A DNA stretch of 60,994 nt, counting the filler, from Basidiobolus meristosporus CBS 931.73 (lineage: Eukaryota; Fungi; Basidiobolomycota), in NCBI GenBank assembly GCA_002104905.1. It is 4 parts of 4 records of this genome, joined end to end, with 100 filler letters (N's around TTAATTAATTAA, not from the genome) between each part and the next. Parts side by side here need not be neighbours in the genome. Positions count along the whole stretch, not along the records: positions 10,686 to 23,316 come from MCFE01001235.1; 3 more parts are not named here. One strand, given 5' to 3'. Position numbers and translations under genes: made by a program. Positions 11,085 to 23,416 of this stretch are shown here, in pieces (the first letter of the stretch is position 1; each line of letters starts with the position of its first letter). Below the pieces are notes generated by a model, which made no database searches, was not told where the DNA came from, and worked only from the letters and a program-made list of their open reading frames with translations.

Positions 11085-12884
11085 CTGCAGCACTATGTGA
11101 TTCTTAACACTTTGAAGCATATACAGGCAATAAACCAGACCTCAAGCATCTCAGGATTGTTGGCAGTAATTCCTTTTATCACATCCCTGAGAAAAAACTT
11201 GCAAAGCTGTAACCAAAAAGTAGAAAAGGAATCTTTCTTGGGTATTGTGATGATACTAAAGGGTATAGATTATATGATGGCCAAATTAAGAAGCTGATCA
11301 AGAGCAGAGATGTTGTATTTGTGGAGAATTTGGATCAGAAATCCACAGAAATCATTGGCCAGCCTGATGATGCAATCAACACTGATGAAGAATATACATA
11401 CCAGATTCAGCCAGATACAAAATACAATTCTACCAGTTACAGATCAGAGCATATTATCCCAGTTAGGAGATCTACCAGAATGAGAAATGCCCCTGAAACC
11501 TGGTAGCAGACATCTAATGATCAAGAAGAAGCTTATCTTACCTTATGTACCAAAACTCAGAATCGTGAATAGGTAATGTTAAGTCCATATGCTACAATGT
11601 AGTAACCAGCTATGCAGGAGGAGTAACAATCACTGATCAAAGTAAAGTGTGGGAACTGGTAGCTTTACCAAATGGGAGAAAGCAAACAGGAAATAGATGG
11701 GTCCACAAGCTCTAGATAACCTCAAATGGTACCATTGATAAGTACAACTTTTGATTAATGGCTAAAGGCTATTCCCAGATCCAGGAAGTTGACTTTGAGG
11801 AAACATTTGCTCTGATAGCAAAGTTTCACTCCATAAGGAGAGTTACAGCACTGACAGCATTACACAGTCTAGATCTGCACCAAATGGACATCAAAACAGC
11901 CTTCCTAAATGGGAATTTGCAAGAAACTATATATATGAAGCAACCAGAAGGCCTTACCAATCCAACAGGCCCCCATAAGGTGGGCAGGCTCAGGAAACTG
12001 TTGTGTTGGCTTAAGCAGGCACCTACAGCATGGTAGAACAAGATTGACACATATCTTGACATGATTAGGTTCATTTGTAGCACTGTAGATCACAGTATAT
12101 AAGTGAAACAGCTCAAAAGGGTGAGATCATCCTAGTTCTGTATGTGCATGCCCTAATAATGGCTGCTAGTGACCAGGAGGCACTTAAACAGACATGATCA
12201 GATCTCTTCAGCAAGTTTGTAATGATAGATCTTGAAAAATTGCGCTATTTTCTTGGTATTGAAGTGAATTCTGACATAGCTACGCAGGAATCTGTGCTGA
12301 ATCAGTCTTAGTACCTCAGGGACATTCTGGGATACTTCAAGATGAGAAACTGCAACCCTGCAGCCCCCCTATGGATAATAATCTAAAGTTGAGCAAATCT
12401 CAGCCAGTTTCAATTGAAAATGGCTCAAATATGGACCAAAACGTTCCCTATCAATCAATGGCTGGTAGCCTAATGTACTTGATGATGTCTACCTGTCCTG
12501 ATAATGCAGTGTCAGCTGGAATAGTCAGTCAATTATTACAGCCTTATGGAGCACATCAAAATACACCAGTTAAGTGGATTTTCAGTTATCTACAAGGTAC
12601 CATAAGTATGGTACTGGAATACTCTGGATCAGCTAATAGGCAAGAAATTTATGGTTATAGAGATTCAGATTGGGGTAGAGATCTGATTGACAGATGCACT
12701 ACCACTGGGTACGTATACTTCAACAACACCACCTTGTGAGGGAAGCTATAGATAATAGCTTAGTGGAGTTAGTTTACTACCTAACTGACAAAACGGTTGC
12801 AGCTATGCTGACAAAATCACTAGATAGACCACCATTGAGAATCACAGAGAGGAATTAGGATTAAAAATTAATAGGTGAGGGGAG
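11085..12884 (+). mobile_element. Degenerate Ty1/Copia pol relic (family 2): end of integrase, RT, RNase H, PPT
   Basis: KPDLKHLRIVG and FLGYCDDTKGYRLY; AKGYSQ..VDFEETFA..HQMDIKTAFLNG; YRDSDWG..DRCTTTGYV; PPT aggtgaggggag at about 12872-12884; many stops and frameshifts. Confidence 0.9.
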
Positions 12885-13521
12885 TTTTGAAATATTGACC
12901 TATTTGGAATAATTCAGCAGCTAAAAGCTTTCTTAACAATTCCGGACTAGTCTTGGCCACTGTAGTACCTATTTGCAGCCCAACTTTGCCGGTTTCTTCA
13001 CATGTATGATCCTATGATTATTCCCCTATAGTAAAGATCAAATTAACACTTTTACCAAACATTATGTACTAACCCCAAAGCTTTTACACAGTGCTCCAGA
13101 ATGCTAGGAAACCCTCTGTACTTAGTGTTATAGCTGTATTACTTCTACAAAGGTATAAATACTGATCCTTTTTATGAATGAACAGCAGCTCAACTATTAT
13201 TACTATATCTTGATAGGTTCCTTTTATCCAAATCACTTCTTAAGTTGCAACAAGTTATTTTCAACTAAGGAAAAGTCACTATAAAAGTAAGTATTCCCAA
13301 TAGCTAACAGAGGGTCAGAACACTGCTGGAGAAGTGAGAGACACTGTCTATAACATATTTTGAGCCTAAGAATGAAGATATTGGTGAGAATTATATATTG
13401 GATTGGTATATAAAACTCCCAACAAACTATTTCAGTGTTAGCATACCAAAGTTATTATATAATGTTGATTAGCCTCTACATTGTACAACAAGTCCCAAAC
13501 TAATCATAATAAAAAATAACA
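12885..13521 (+). repeat. Putative 3' LTR of the family-2 Copia
   Basis: Starts directly after the PPT; 13258-13521 matches the reverse complement of 37848-38112 and ends at the same ...taatcataat..aaca terminus. Confidence 0.55.
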
Positions 13522-13880
13522 GAGCCCCTATAAACAGTCACCTTGTAAGTTTGTGACGGGATTCAAGAAGCAATCTTGCAAGCCTATAGCAGAACAGGTA
13601 GACCACTGCTACTACTATATTCACTCCCTGTTCTATCTTGATTGGTATGTAAAGAATATTTGGCCTTCAATATGACAAGTTATTATGATGATCCTATCAA
13701 AAGGTCATCCCCAATTTCAAATCCTGTGATTAAGAGGTATTGATCTAATCAGGACACAATGTAAAGACCATCATAAATAATTTCACGCCAGATACCATAA
13801 AAACCTAGTCAAAATTTTTCATCAAAACAATGCAAAATGGCTTTTGATTGGTTCTCTGCCACTTTTCTCACTTTCTGCCT

Positions 13881-14020
13881 GTCACTCACATGCAAAACTT
13901 TCTCAATCAAACTTTTTTCAAGATCTAAACTTTGTCATCACGCAAAACTTTCTTGACCAAACTTTTTTCAAGATCTAAAATTTGTCATGACGCATAACTT
14001 TCTTGTCCAAACTTGTCTCA
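13881..14020 (+). repeat. 50-bp tandem repeat, about 2.8 copies
   Basis: (t/c)gca(a/t)aactt at 13891, 13941 and 13991; unit gtcatcacgcaaaactttcttgaccaaacttttttcaagatctaaaattt. Confidence 0.9.
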
Positions 14021-14265
14021 GGCTTGGGTAGACTTTTTCCACCTTACATTTCCTTTATCACTGCCAGGTCTTTGACTACTACTTTTTCTGAATGCTTCTT
14101 GTTTTGTTCTACACTTTCCCCATGGTAAATGCTGCTCCAATGCATGTGTGTTGGCCTGCTTGTCCCTTGCTGGCACTCTGCAGGCAATCTGATGCTTCTT
14201 TTCTGCTTGTTCTGAGCTCTCATCCCATGCTGTGACAGGCTCCAGAGGTAGCTGCTCATTCTGAT
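14020..14265 (-). repeat. Dispersed copy of the ~225-bp coding-like repeat unit present twice at 18530-18960
   Basis: cctttatcactgccaggtc...tggcctgcttgtcccttgctggcactct...gagctctca...tgtgacag is shared. Confidence 0.85.
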
Positions 14266-14269
14266 TGCT

Positions 14270-14380
14270 GACTATCACACCTGCTGATCTTGCTGCATAA
14301 ATTATCCCTCACTTTATGTGATATTACTTGATATAATTGCTTCTATTTTAGGCAGGCACCTGTGCCGGCACCCTTGACAC
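14270..14380 (+). repeat. Fragment of the Gypsy-family LTR, cut off by the Copia insertion at 14381
   Basis: 111-nt colinear match to 32377-32487 (gactatcacacctgct...cctcactttatgt...gacac). Confidence 0.8.
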
Positions 14381-17300
14381 TGTTGTAAGAGTCTTGGAGA
14401 TATTGGAAGTGATTGGGCAAACAAGTAGATTATGTGGTTTTAACCCAATGATTTATTGAATGTAAGGCAGAATTTATACTTTTACATTATCTTGGCATTA
14501 AAAACATGTAGAATAGGGTCAGGAAGGTCCAAAGAATATGTGTGCAAAGTTTGGGGCTGTTTGGACAACATTGAGAATTTTCATGTTCTGGGTACCTGAT
14601 ATTTTGGTGAAAATATTCCAAGTAAATCCCAACAGGGAATTTGGTCAGTATTCTCTAGGATTTGAAGGTAATGATCTAAGTGACTAAGTTAGGTGAGTAT
14701 TTAGTTGGAAATACAAATTTTTACAGCACTCCCACTTGGTTAAATGTTCATACTGACTAGTGCAAATTTTGGCCTAAGATATTCAAACTTGTCTCTTACT
14801 CATAGTTTGATAAACATGTCTGCAATTATTTCATCTGAAGGACAGTAAACTAAGCTAACCATGTTATTCTCTGTTGCTTGACATATGAGATGATTTCTAA
14901 TATCTACATGCTTAGTTCTAGCATGAAATGATGGATTTCTACCTAATTATATCATTCTGGAGTATCTTGTTGTGAGTCCTTCTTAGTGTATCCTGATCAG
15001 ATATCAGCAGTTCCATTGAGGTAACCAAAAGTAGCTTAACTGATGTAATATGATCAGATCCATAGTTCTGATTATACTGGCTGACAACTCCTACTGAATA
15101 TGCATTATCTCTATGTGTTCCAAGCAAGAAATACATCAGACTGCCAACTATATATTGATGAGGAGAGTCAGGGCTTTTAGATGGCACCAAGCTCTCTTGA
15201 TTTGGTTGAGCTTTGAACAGGTTAAGGTTTTCTCCATTGGGGTAGCTGCCAGTTTACAGTATTCCATTAGGTACTTCTTTAGTATATCTTGAATAAACTT
15301 GGAATGGCTTAGGGTGATAGTTGGGGTACTACTGTCTCTGAAGAACATAATCCCTAAATAGGAACTGAGTTCTCTTGGATTGGACATCTTGAGCTCCTTA
15401 GATAAGCTGGCTTTAATTTCTTTCATTGTTGCTAGGTTATTGGCAGCTAGAATAGAATCATCCACATATAGAGCAAATAGTACTGAATTTGTTCTATCTG
15501 GCTTATTGTATATACCATAGTCAGCATTACTCCTTTTGAAACTCAAAGACTTTAAATACAAATCTATCTTGCAATTCCAGGCTCTTGGTGATTGCTTAAG
15601 ACCATGTAGAGACTTTTTAACCTTGGAGATCAAATGGGGGTTGTCTTAGTAAACAAACCCATCAGACTGGTTCATATACACATCCTCATCAAGTTCTTCA
15701 TTTAAAAATGCAGTTTTTACATCCATTTGATGAATAAAAAACTTATTTTTGGCTGCAATAGCCAGTATTAATCTGATCAAATGACACTTGGCTACCAGTG
15801 TGAAGGTTTCAGTATAGTCAAGTCCTTTGCTTGAAAATATTCTTTGGTCACAAGTCTTGTTTTGTATCTTTTGATTGTACCATCAGCCTTGCATTTTGTC
15901 TTGACAACCCATTTGTATCCAATTGATTTTTGGTTGATTGATAATATGACTTAGTCCCAAGTTTGATTTTCCATCAGGGCCTAATATTCCTCAGTCATTG
16001 CAGATCTCCACAACTTTGTCTGAGGGCTATTTACGGCTGCTTTTACAGCCTAAGGCTCATTAATATGGACTGAATAGGCATTGGCTAAGTTTGTACCCTC
16101 ATTGATATGGTAATTTGGGCTATTTCTTGTCTGGTTGGATCTTCTGGCACTTGATACTGGAATTATCACTTGTAGGATCTTCTTGGGCACTGATTTTGGC
16201 TTAACCACAGTTGTAGAGTCCTCTGGAGTGAAAAGGTTTTCATTGTTTTGCTCTAATTCAATTCTGACTACTGGTGGCCCTATATTCAAGTTTTTGTCAT
16301 CATCTGATGCCATTTTTTGTAAAAACCTTGAGTTTTCATCAAACAACACATTCCTGGACTTAATGAGCTTCTTTTCTTTGGAATTATACAGTCTGTATGC
16401 CTTACACTCATTGCAGTAGCCCAAAAATATGCATTTTACACTTTTTGGCTCATATTTTAACTGATTTCTGGGCAGTTTTGTAGCATATGCTGTACCCCCA
16501 AAGATTATTAGATATTCTGCACTTGGACTGAGCCCATACCATGCTTCAAATGAAGTAGAACTGCACAGTATTCTGTTATAACTCCTATTTAAGGTGCACT
16601 GCAGTGGCAACTGATTCCACCCAAAAATTATAGGATAATTTTCAATTACAGATCATAGATCTTGCAATATCAGTGATTGATCTGTTAGCATGTTGTGCTA
16701 CTGATTGGGCTGTGGGGAGTATGGTATAGTAGCTTCTTGCTTTATTCCATAAACTTTGAAGAAGTGGTTGAAGAGTTTTGAGGTATATTCTCCACCATTG
16801 TCAGAGCATATTTTCTTGATTTTTTCACCAGATTTGCTCTTCACCTTGGCTTTGAACTCCCTGAACTTAGACAGAGCTTTTTCCTCTCCCTCTCCATGAA
16901 GTAACCTAAGTGTATCTTGTATAATCATCAATAATAGTGATTGAATACTTCATCCCACCTGAGGATGAATTTTGCCTAGGTCCACACAGATCTGTGTGAA
17001 TTAGATCTAATTTTTTCTTAGTTTTGATTAACCCAGCGCTCTTGAGTGGCTGTCAGGCTTGCTTCCCATATATGTAGGCTTCATAGTGCCCCAAACTAGC
17101 TGGGGAATCAATTCTTACTCTGGAAATTAGCTGATCTTTGATCATTTTGTGCAAATAATCAAAATTGATGTGTCCAAATCTCCTGTGCCAATGCATTGGT
17201 GTTTCTTTGTTTAAGTTACGAATATTGAATTCCGGATATGATGAAATATAAGTCAACTTGTATAGATTTTGATATCTGAAACCCAAAGCAATATGCGCAC

Positions 17301-17560
17301 CATTTTAATTAGTAATCCTGCATCCAGAATTGTCAAAGCTGAAACCAAGTCCATTTCTACTCTCAGTTGATGCACCATTTTCATATTCAGGGTTCTTGTG
17401 CAGGTGATCTCTTTTTGATGCAACAATCAAATGCGCATCCTTACCCTTTGCAGTCATTGCAAAGCAGGTTGCTGTTGCCTTTAAAGGGTCTTGAGCACCT
17501 TCTTTATTGGTAATCACTCCTCATTAAAGTAATTTCTTCTTCCTTCTTCATGGCACTTGG
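14381..17560 (-). mobile_element. Copia family-1 copy H: 5'-truncated and degenerate; 3' LTR at 14381-14728
   Basis: 348-bp LTR with adjacent PPT (ctcccac on + strand); RT, integrase and GAG-pre-integrase (HWHRRFGHINF) fragments; internal deletions. Confidence 0.93.
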
Positions 17561-17569
17561 TCTTAATTT

Positions 17570-18267
17570 TATACTTCTTCAAATGCTCTTCCATGAATAA
17601 TTGTACCATTGTTACTTTCACACATACCAATTGTATCAATAATAACTAGATCATCTGTTCATAAGACTTGCATATTATTGTTACCCCAGATACATTGTTT
17701 GAATATTTAAATGCAAATTATTATCATCAAGATTATTTTTTGCCAACATACTTGCCAATGTTGATTTTCCTATGCCAGTTCTACCAAGAGTAATTTTTTT
17801 AGTTTTGGATACCTGAGGGGTTGGTCTGCTAATATTAGATTGTATTACTTTTCCATTGGTTTTGTTAACAGTTGGGCCAATTGTTGGCTTAACATGTGGC
17901 TGAAAATAATTATATCCATTGTATGTTTGTTTGTTTTTGCACTATACTTATATTTGGTGTTGTTAATAGATGATGCACTAGATTTTTGGCCAGCTTGATT
18001 TGTTTGTGATATGTTCAGATGGGTTAGATGTTGAGAACTGGATGATGCACTACTTATTATATTTGTCATGAATAGGTGTATTGTTTGAGTTTGTTTGATA
18101 TCATTATTTGATGATGTACAAACATTTTGTTTTATGTTATCACTTGGTAATCTATCAATACTAGGATTGTTTGATTTGTTTTTTCTTTGGGGTCTTAAAA
18201 AGAAAAGGTTGTCAACAAATTTTTCCTTTAAATAAACTGTAGCTTCATTTTCTGTAGAGTTTGCCAT
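17570..18267 (-). pseudogene. AIG1/GIMAP-like P-loop GTPase pseudogene with an N/S/Q-rich N-terminus
   Basis: Reading across frameshifts gives G1 ITLGRTGIGKSTLASML, G2 SNNVSGVT..CKSY and G3 LVIIDTIGMCE; the 3' part is replaced by Copia H. Confidence 0.7.
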
Positions 18268-18379
18268 AGTTGAGTTTGTATAAAATGTATATATAGTGTT
18301 ACTATATAATTGTCAAAATGTACAAAATAGAATAGTTTTAAAAAAAGTTATACTTAAAACAAGGCATGATTGATTATAT

Positions 18380-19930
18380 TAGTTATATATGTTGTGGATA
18401 AAGTAACTGATATAAAACAGCTGTTTTCTTGTTGGTAATTCTTCTTGGCTATGTTGAGATTCAGTCTGTTCTGGGCTTGCAGTGTTACTTGGCAAGAACT
18501 GCAGTTTTTTTTTCATACCTCCCTGTCTCAGGGTTGGGTAAGCATATTTCCCTTTACCTTTTCCTTTATCACTGCCAGGTCTTTCACTGCTACTTTGTCT
18601 GAGTGCTTCTTGAAATGAACTACACTTTCCCCTTGATAAATTTTGCTTGGACACATTTGTTTTGGCCTGCTTGTCCCTTGCTGGCACTCTTCTGGCAACC
18701 TAGTGTTACTTTTTTGTTTGTTTTGAGCTCTCAACCGTAATTGTGACAGACTCCTGTAAATGCCAATGGTTTTTATTACTACCAGGTCCTTCTCTGCTAC
18801 TTTAACTGTGTGCTTCTTGAGTGGTACTACACTTTTTTCCTGATAAATGCTGTGCTGGTGCATCTGTGTCTGCCTGATTGTCCCTAATTGGCAACCAGCT
18901 ACCTGTATCTCTTTGATGCTTGTCCAGAGCTTTTGACCCTGCCTATAAGAGGCTCCTGAGGAAGCTGCTGGTGTTCAGCCATTGCGCCCTTGTTCTTCTG
19001 CCTTTGATACTTTCTGCTATTCTTACAATACTTTCTTAGCATACTGAGGCTGGCCTAAAATCCATTTGCCTGTTTGAACCCAGGATAATGCTGATGGAAC
19101 AAGTCAAGGGCATTCTGCTTGGCCTTGAGTTCCTGATGATCCCATGGTATGCTGGCCTTAAGGTGATGGTGTGCTAGACTTCTGATGGCATCTTGAATAT
19201 TAGCACATTCTTCATTCTTTCACTCAATGGCTTCACATATCTTCAATGTCATTTGATTTTTGGACTTTAGTATAAACATGATACTGTCTCCCCCTCATGC
19301 TGTGATGGGTTATTCTGTGGGCTTTATCTTTGGGCACTGTTGTTGTACTTCAAGGACTGTGCAGTGTTCCTCTGCTGTTACATTGGAAATGGTTTAATTT
19401 TTGGCTGTGACATTGAGCTACTTGAGTTCCTTCTTTGCAGTAAAGATACTGCTTTCTCTACCTGAGATATTGATTGCTCTACATATATTATCTGCTCCTC
19501 CTGTTTCTGGACTATTTACTGATTTCTCTGGGCCATTGCATCTAACCTACCAGCCACTGCACCTAATTGCTTCATTAATGCTTTTGTATGAGTGGACAAC
19601 ATACTTGCTAATAAGGGTGGTAATGATGTTATGATGGCCACTTGCTGGTTTTCAACTGAGGGTACTGTGTTTGCTACATTCTCATCTGCCTGAGCATAAC
19701 AGTCAGCTTGTGGCTCTGCACAGATTTTCAATTGCCCACTTGACTGAGAGCATGAGGAGTCTGCATTTTTTCCTTCAGTGGGCACATTGTCAACATGCCT
19801 TCTTTGGATGTAGCCCTGCTTGTTGCATTGAATGTCAAAGCAAGCTGCTGTCCAACTGTCCTTATGCTGACACTGGTGGTGGGGTATGGTTGGGAACCAG
19901 ACAACTTTGCTTTACTTTTTAGCAACATAT
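18380..19930 (-). pseudogene. Decayed long ORF with an internal helical domain and two ~75-aa C-terminal repeats
   Basis: ORF fragments at 19728-19928, 19516-19785, 18528-18863 and 18379-18687; between them a stop-interrupted frame IQDAIRSLAHHHLKASIPWDHQ...HYPGFKQANGF. Confidence 0.45.
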
Positions 19931-20220
19931 ATATGGAAGTGAGTCAAACCAAAGGGGAAATGAAGTTATATATACAAGTGTATGTGGTGCCACAACTTTG
20001 CTTATAGAGCTTGATATAGCAGGTCATCATTGAATTTTGCATTCATGTAGGTGCAATAGACTTGTTCAGTTGGATAGTGCCACATAGTGCCAGCCTGTTT
20101 ATAGTGCCAGATCAATCTGGCACTATATTTTCTACCATCATGCCAGTGGTAGGATATAGTTACTGGTAATTTTACTCAATCTTACTTATGTTGCTCAGAG
20201 TAGTGCTTTCTTTGCTTTAT

Positions 20221-20832
20221 TTACTCTTCATAATGCTCCAAACACAATTCTCTCAATGGATATTTTCTTGTGTGAACATACTGTGCATTGATAAGAATCT
20301 TAGCTATTTTACCTATTCTGCTGTTTTCTCCTATATATGACTTTCCTCTATATTTACCTGCCAATATACTGAATCTCCTCAGATATCCAAATGTATGCTC
20401 TACCTGCACTCTGAAATGATTAAATATCCCATTGTAGAGCTTCTGCTTCCTGCTAAGCACACCATCCCTTAGCTTCCTATAAGCTGTAATACATCCTAAT
20501 CTCTGACCATATTCTCCTATATAAGCCAAGTCTGCCATACATTTCTCCCCTCTACTGAATCCTGGATGATTCTCTACCCAGAGTGCTTTGTCATACCAAC
20601 TTTCAGCAAATGACCCACTAAACCAGATGATGTTACCCTCAATGTCAGACAGTGCTTGAAACTTCACACAGTGTGCCTTGCACTTGTCAGAATAAAAGTG
20701 CCTCTGCCCTCTAGAAGGTCTGTTGATCCTGACTGGGAAGGTATCCAACATACTCCTTATATGGAACCTGTTGCTGAACACTCTGGGATATGGAAGTCTA
20801 TTGGAGCTTCTAAACCTAGTACTCCAAGCTTG
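20221..20832 (-). CDS. DDE_Tnp_4-type transposase catalytic exon (upstream exons degenerate or uncertain)
   Basis: MLDTFPVRINRP, YSDKCKAHCVKFQ, MADLAYIG, RVQVEHTFGYLRRFSIL give the D-D-E triad; acceptor-like ttatag at about 20833 and donor GTGAGT at about 21022. Confidence 0.85.
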   Translation of the reverse strand, partial: QAWSTRFRSSNRLPYPRVFSNRFHIRSMLDTFPVRINRPSRGQRHFYSDKCKAHCVKFQALSDIEGNIIWFSGSFAESWYDKALWVENHPGFSRGEKCMADLAYIGEYGQRLGCITAYRKLRDGVLSRKQKLYNGIFNHFRVQVEHTFGYLRRFSILAGKYRGKSYIGENSRIGKIAKILINAQYVHTRKYPLRELCLEHYEE

Positions 20833-21203
20833 CTATAAGTCAATCATTAAAAATGGTAAGGATTGGGCTGAGATGATTTGATTTGATTTGGCACAATCAG
20901 CTTTTTTTATCTGATTTTCCATGCATTGTAATTTAATCTCCATCAATTGCAATGTATCCCATCATTATGTTGCAAAAAGCATCCTCAAACATTGACTGGG
21001 TATTTTTATTGATGTTTTACTCACAAGTCTATAATCAAATAGGAAATCTGCGATGGATGTGATCTGATCCATGTCAATGTAATCCAAGATGCATCATCCA
21101 TAATATATGGAAAATTCAACAATCACATTAGTTTTCATATATATTTCATATAAGACCAGGTTGATGCCAATACACCACTGTATAAGTACTCAAATCCATC
21201 ACT

Positions 21204-22450
21204 ATGGTCCCTATACCAAGTCTCAACTCATTTTTAGTTCAACCCAGACAAAGCCCATCCCCCAGCTCACAAGCATGGTCTGGACCGGAAAAGGCAATGT
21301 CAGATCCATTTGAGTTCTTGCTAAATGATTTCAGTATGGCCCAAGTGTTTATGATGAGCCTTCATATAGTTATTAAGGCACTACTCATTAATCTAGCAGA
21401 ACTAGATACCTTGGAGAGTTGACAGAGATGGAAGAACCTGAGTAGAAAGCTGTGGCATGAGTTCTATATCAAGATGCCAGCAGATGTATGTAAGAAGATA
21501 TATAACAAGACAAGTATTGAACTCAAGAATGAGCTGAGAGTGAGGGGATATGATGAGGAAGCCGCACAGGAATGATTTTGCATGCAATTTGCTCAGTACA
21601 GGCCGGACACATCTGTTTGTGCCTTGACTTTGGGAACCAAAGAGATTTTGAATGAGTTTTGCCTCAAATGACTAATGTATTACGTGATATACTAGCAAAG
21701 CTAAGTGGCTTCCAAGTGCAATATACACAGGACTCATCCAGGCAACACTTGCAAAGTATTAGACAGAGGGTAAGTGAATACCTTGTGGAATTAGAAGGTG
21801 AGCTTCTAGAAGAAGAATACATACCACAAGCAACATTGTCTAGATTACATCAGCATGCCTTGCTGTATTCCTTGCCATCCCTTGCAACTTCAGCATGCCA
21901 GCATATGTCAGTCCAAACTATGCCAACACCCTACACAAGAGCACCCCACATTGACCCAATGTGTATTGAGTCAACACATGCACTTCAAAGCAAAACCACC
22001 AGAACCCGCCAAACTGCTCAAAAAGACACAAGTCCATTGGAGCGGGCCAAGTTGCGTCAACAAGCAGCATCACATGGAACTCAGCTAAGGGCCATGCCAG
22101 CACATCAAGTTGCATCCGCACGTGCTATTACACCTGACCTTCAGCAAGTTTCTTCTGGTCAACTGACTGATGATGACCCACATCAAGTGCCTCCACCACC
22201 AGAGCCTGTGGCAAGTAAAAGAACATGTCAGCATGTAGCACTGCAGGCTGGGTCAGTTGCATCATCCGGAGTAATTCAGTGTGGCCAAGCTGCTGCATTG
22301 CACTCATCAACTAGGAGGCAAAATACTGACTACAAATACACAAGTAGCCAAGAGGATAGTCAAGAAGAAAGTAGTTTTGGTGTGCAAAGTGAATCACTAC
22401 CAAATGCTTCAGTAGTAATCCCTGTGAGAAAAAAGCCTAGTAGAAGATGA
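21204..22450 (+). pseudogene. ORF2 of the DNA transposon (unknown function, about 410 aa when reconstructed)
   Basis: ORF 21204-21422 reads on through in-frame TGA at 21420 and 21573, then shifts frame at about 21660 into the 263-aa ORF, which ends in basic RKKPSRR. Confidence 0.6.
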
Positions 22451-23316
22451 TGCAATTGCATTGAGTTGCTATTATTTGTAATGATCCAAACAACAGATTT
22501 TTTTTGCAATCCGCATCAAGCCATCACAAATCAGTGATCACTAAATTTTTGATATAAGCTATATTAAGGTTGTCTTGCATTTGAGACAGGACCCTTATAA
22601 ATAAACACCCTGCATATGTATGCATCATCTATGGCACCAGTGCAGCCATTTGATCTGATTTGCACCCATACAATTGGTTGTGTGCTAGCTATGACACCAT
22701 GTCCAATCACTAGGATCAGGTATTTACTTGCTTAATGCGCAGAATGGCACATTTGATGGGAAATCAGGTAGCTTGTGTATTGGTCAAAGAGCTAATTGGG
22801 GTCTGAAAGCTTCAGGATACTTTTGGACCAATTAACCACTGAGACACCATCCAATTGGAGTGATGGTAACCAAAATGGTAAGTATCAGTGTAGTGTATAG
22901 TGTGATACGCATTTATTTCCATTTACATTAAAGAAACATATCCAAATACCAGATTTTACCCACCATAATAGTGATATCCAATTGTGCATGTGACGCAAAC
23001 ATTACAAGTGGCATGATCATTTGTGCCAACCTCATTGTGTCAGATTGTGCCATAGTATGCAAGATTGTCCCACCTGGCGCAAAACTGTCCAAGAGCAATC
23101 CTGCCTATTGGTAGCTACAATATTGTGCCTTATTGTTCTTAGAGACTGCAGATTGCACCATTCACCCTGGCATGGTACAATGGAACAAGTCTAATGTCTT
23201 AAATATAAGACTGTCTTAAACTCACATGGGTATTGACAAAAAAGTGATATAACAGCATTGCATTGTTGAGTATCAAACTGTTTGCCCCATGGACAAGACT
23301 ACTTTGATTCAACACT

Positions 23317-23416
23317 NNNNNNNNNNNNNNNNNNNNNNNNNNNNNNNNNNNNNNNNNNNNTTAATTAATTAANNNNNNNNNNNNNNNNNNNNNNNNNNNN
23401 NNNNNNNNNNNNNNNN
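23317..23416. other. Scaffold gap 2
   Basis: N44-TTAATTAATTAA-N44. Confidence 0.97.

Larger units (their letters stand above)
20058..23192. mobile_element. Two-gene PHIS-superfamily (Harbinger/ISL2EU/Pangu-like) DNA transposon, 3135 bp
   Basis: TIR AGACTTGTTC perfect for 10 bp (20058-20067 / 23183-23192), extending to 19/25; AAT on both flanks (20055-57, 23193-95); encloses a DDE transposase and a divergent ORF2. Confidence 0.8.

Noticed and set aside
13881-14020. Possible CRISPR-like array
   Set aside because: Head-to-tail units with no unique spacers, in a eukaryotic context with no cas genes
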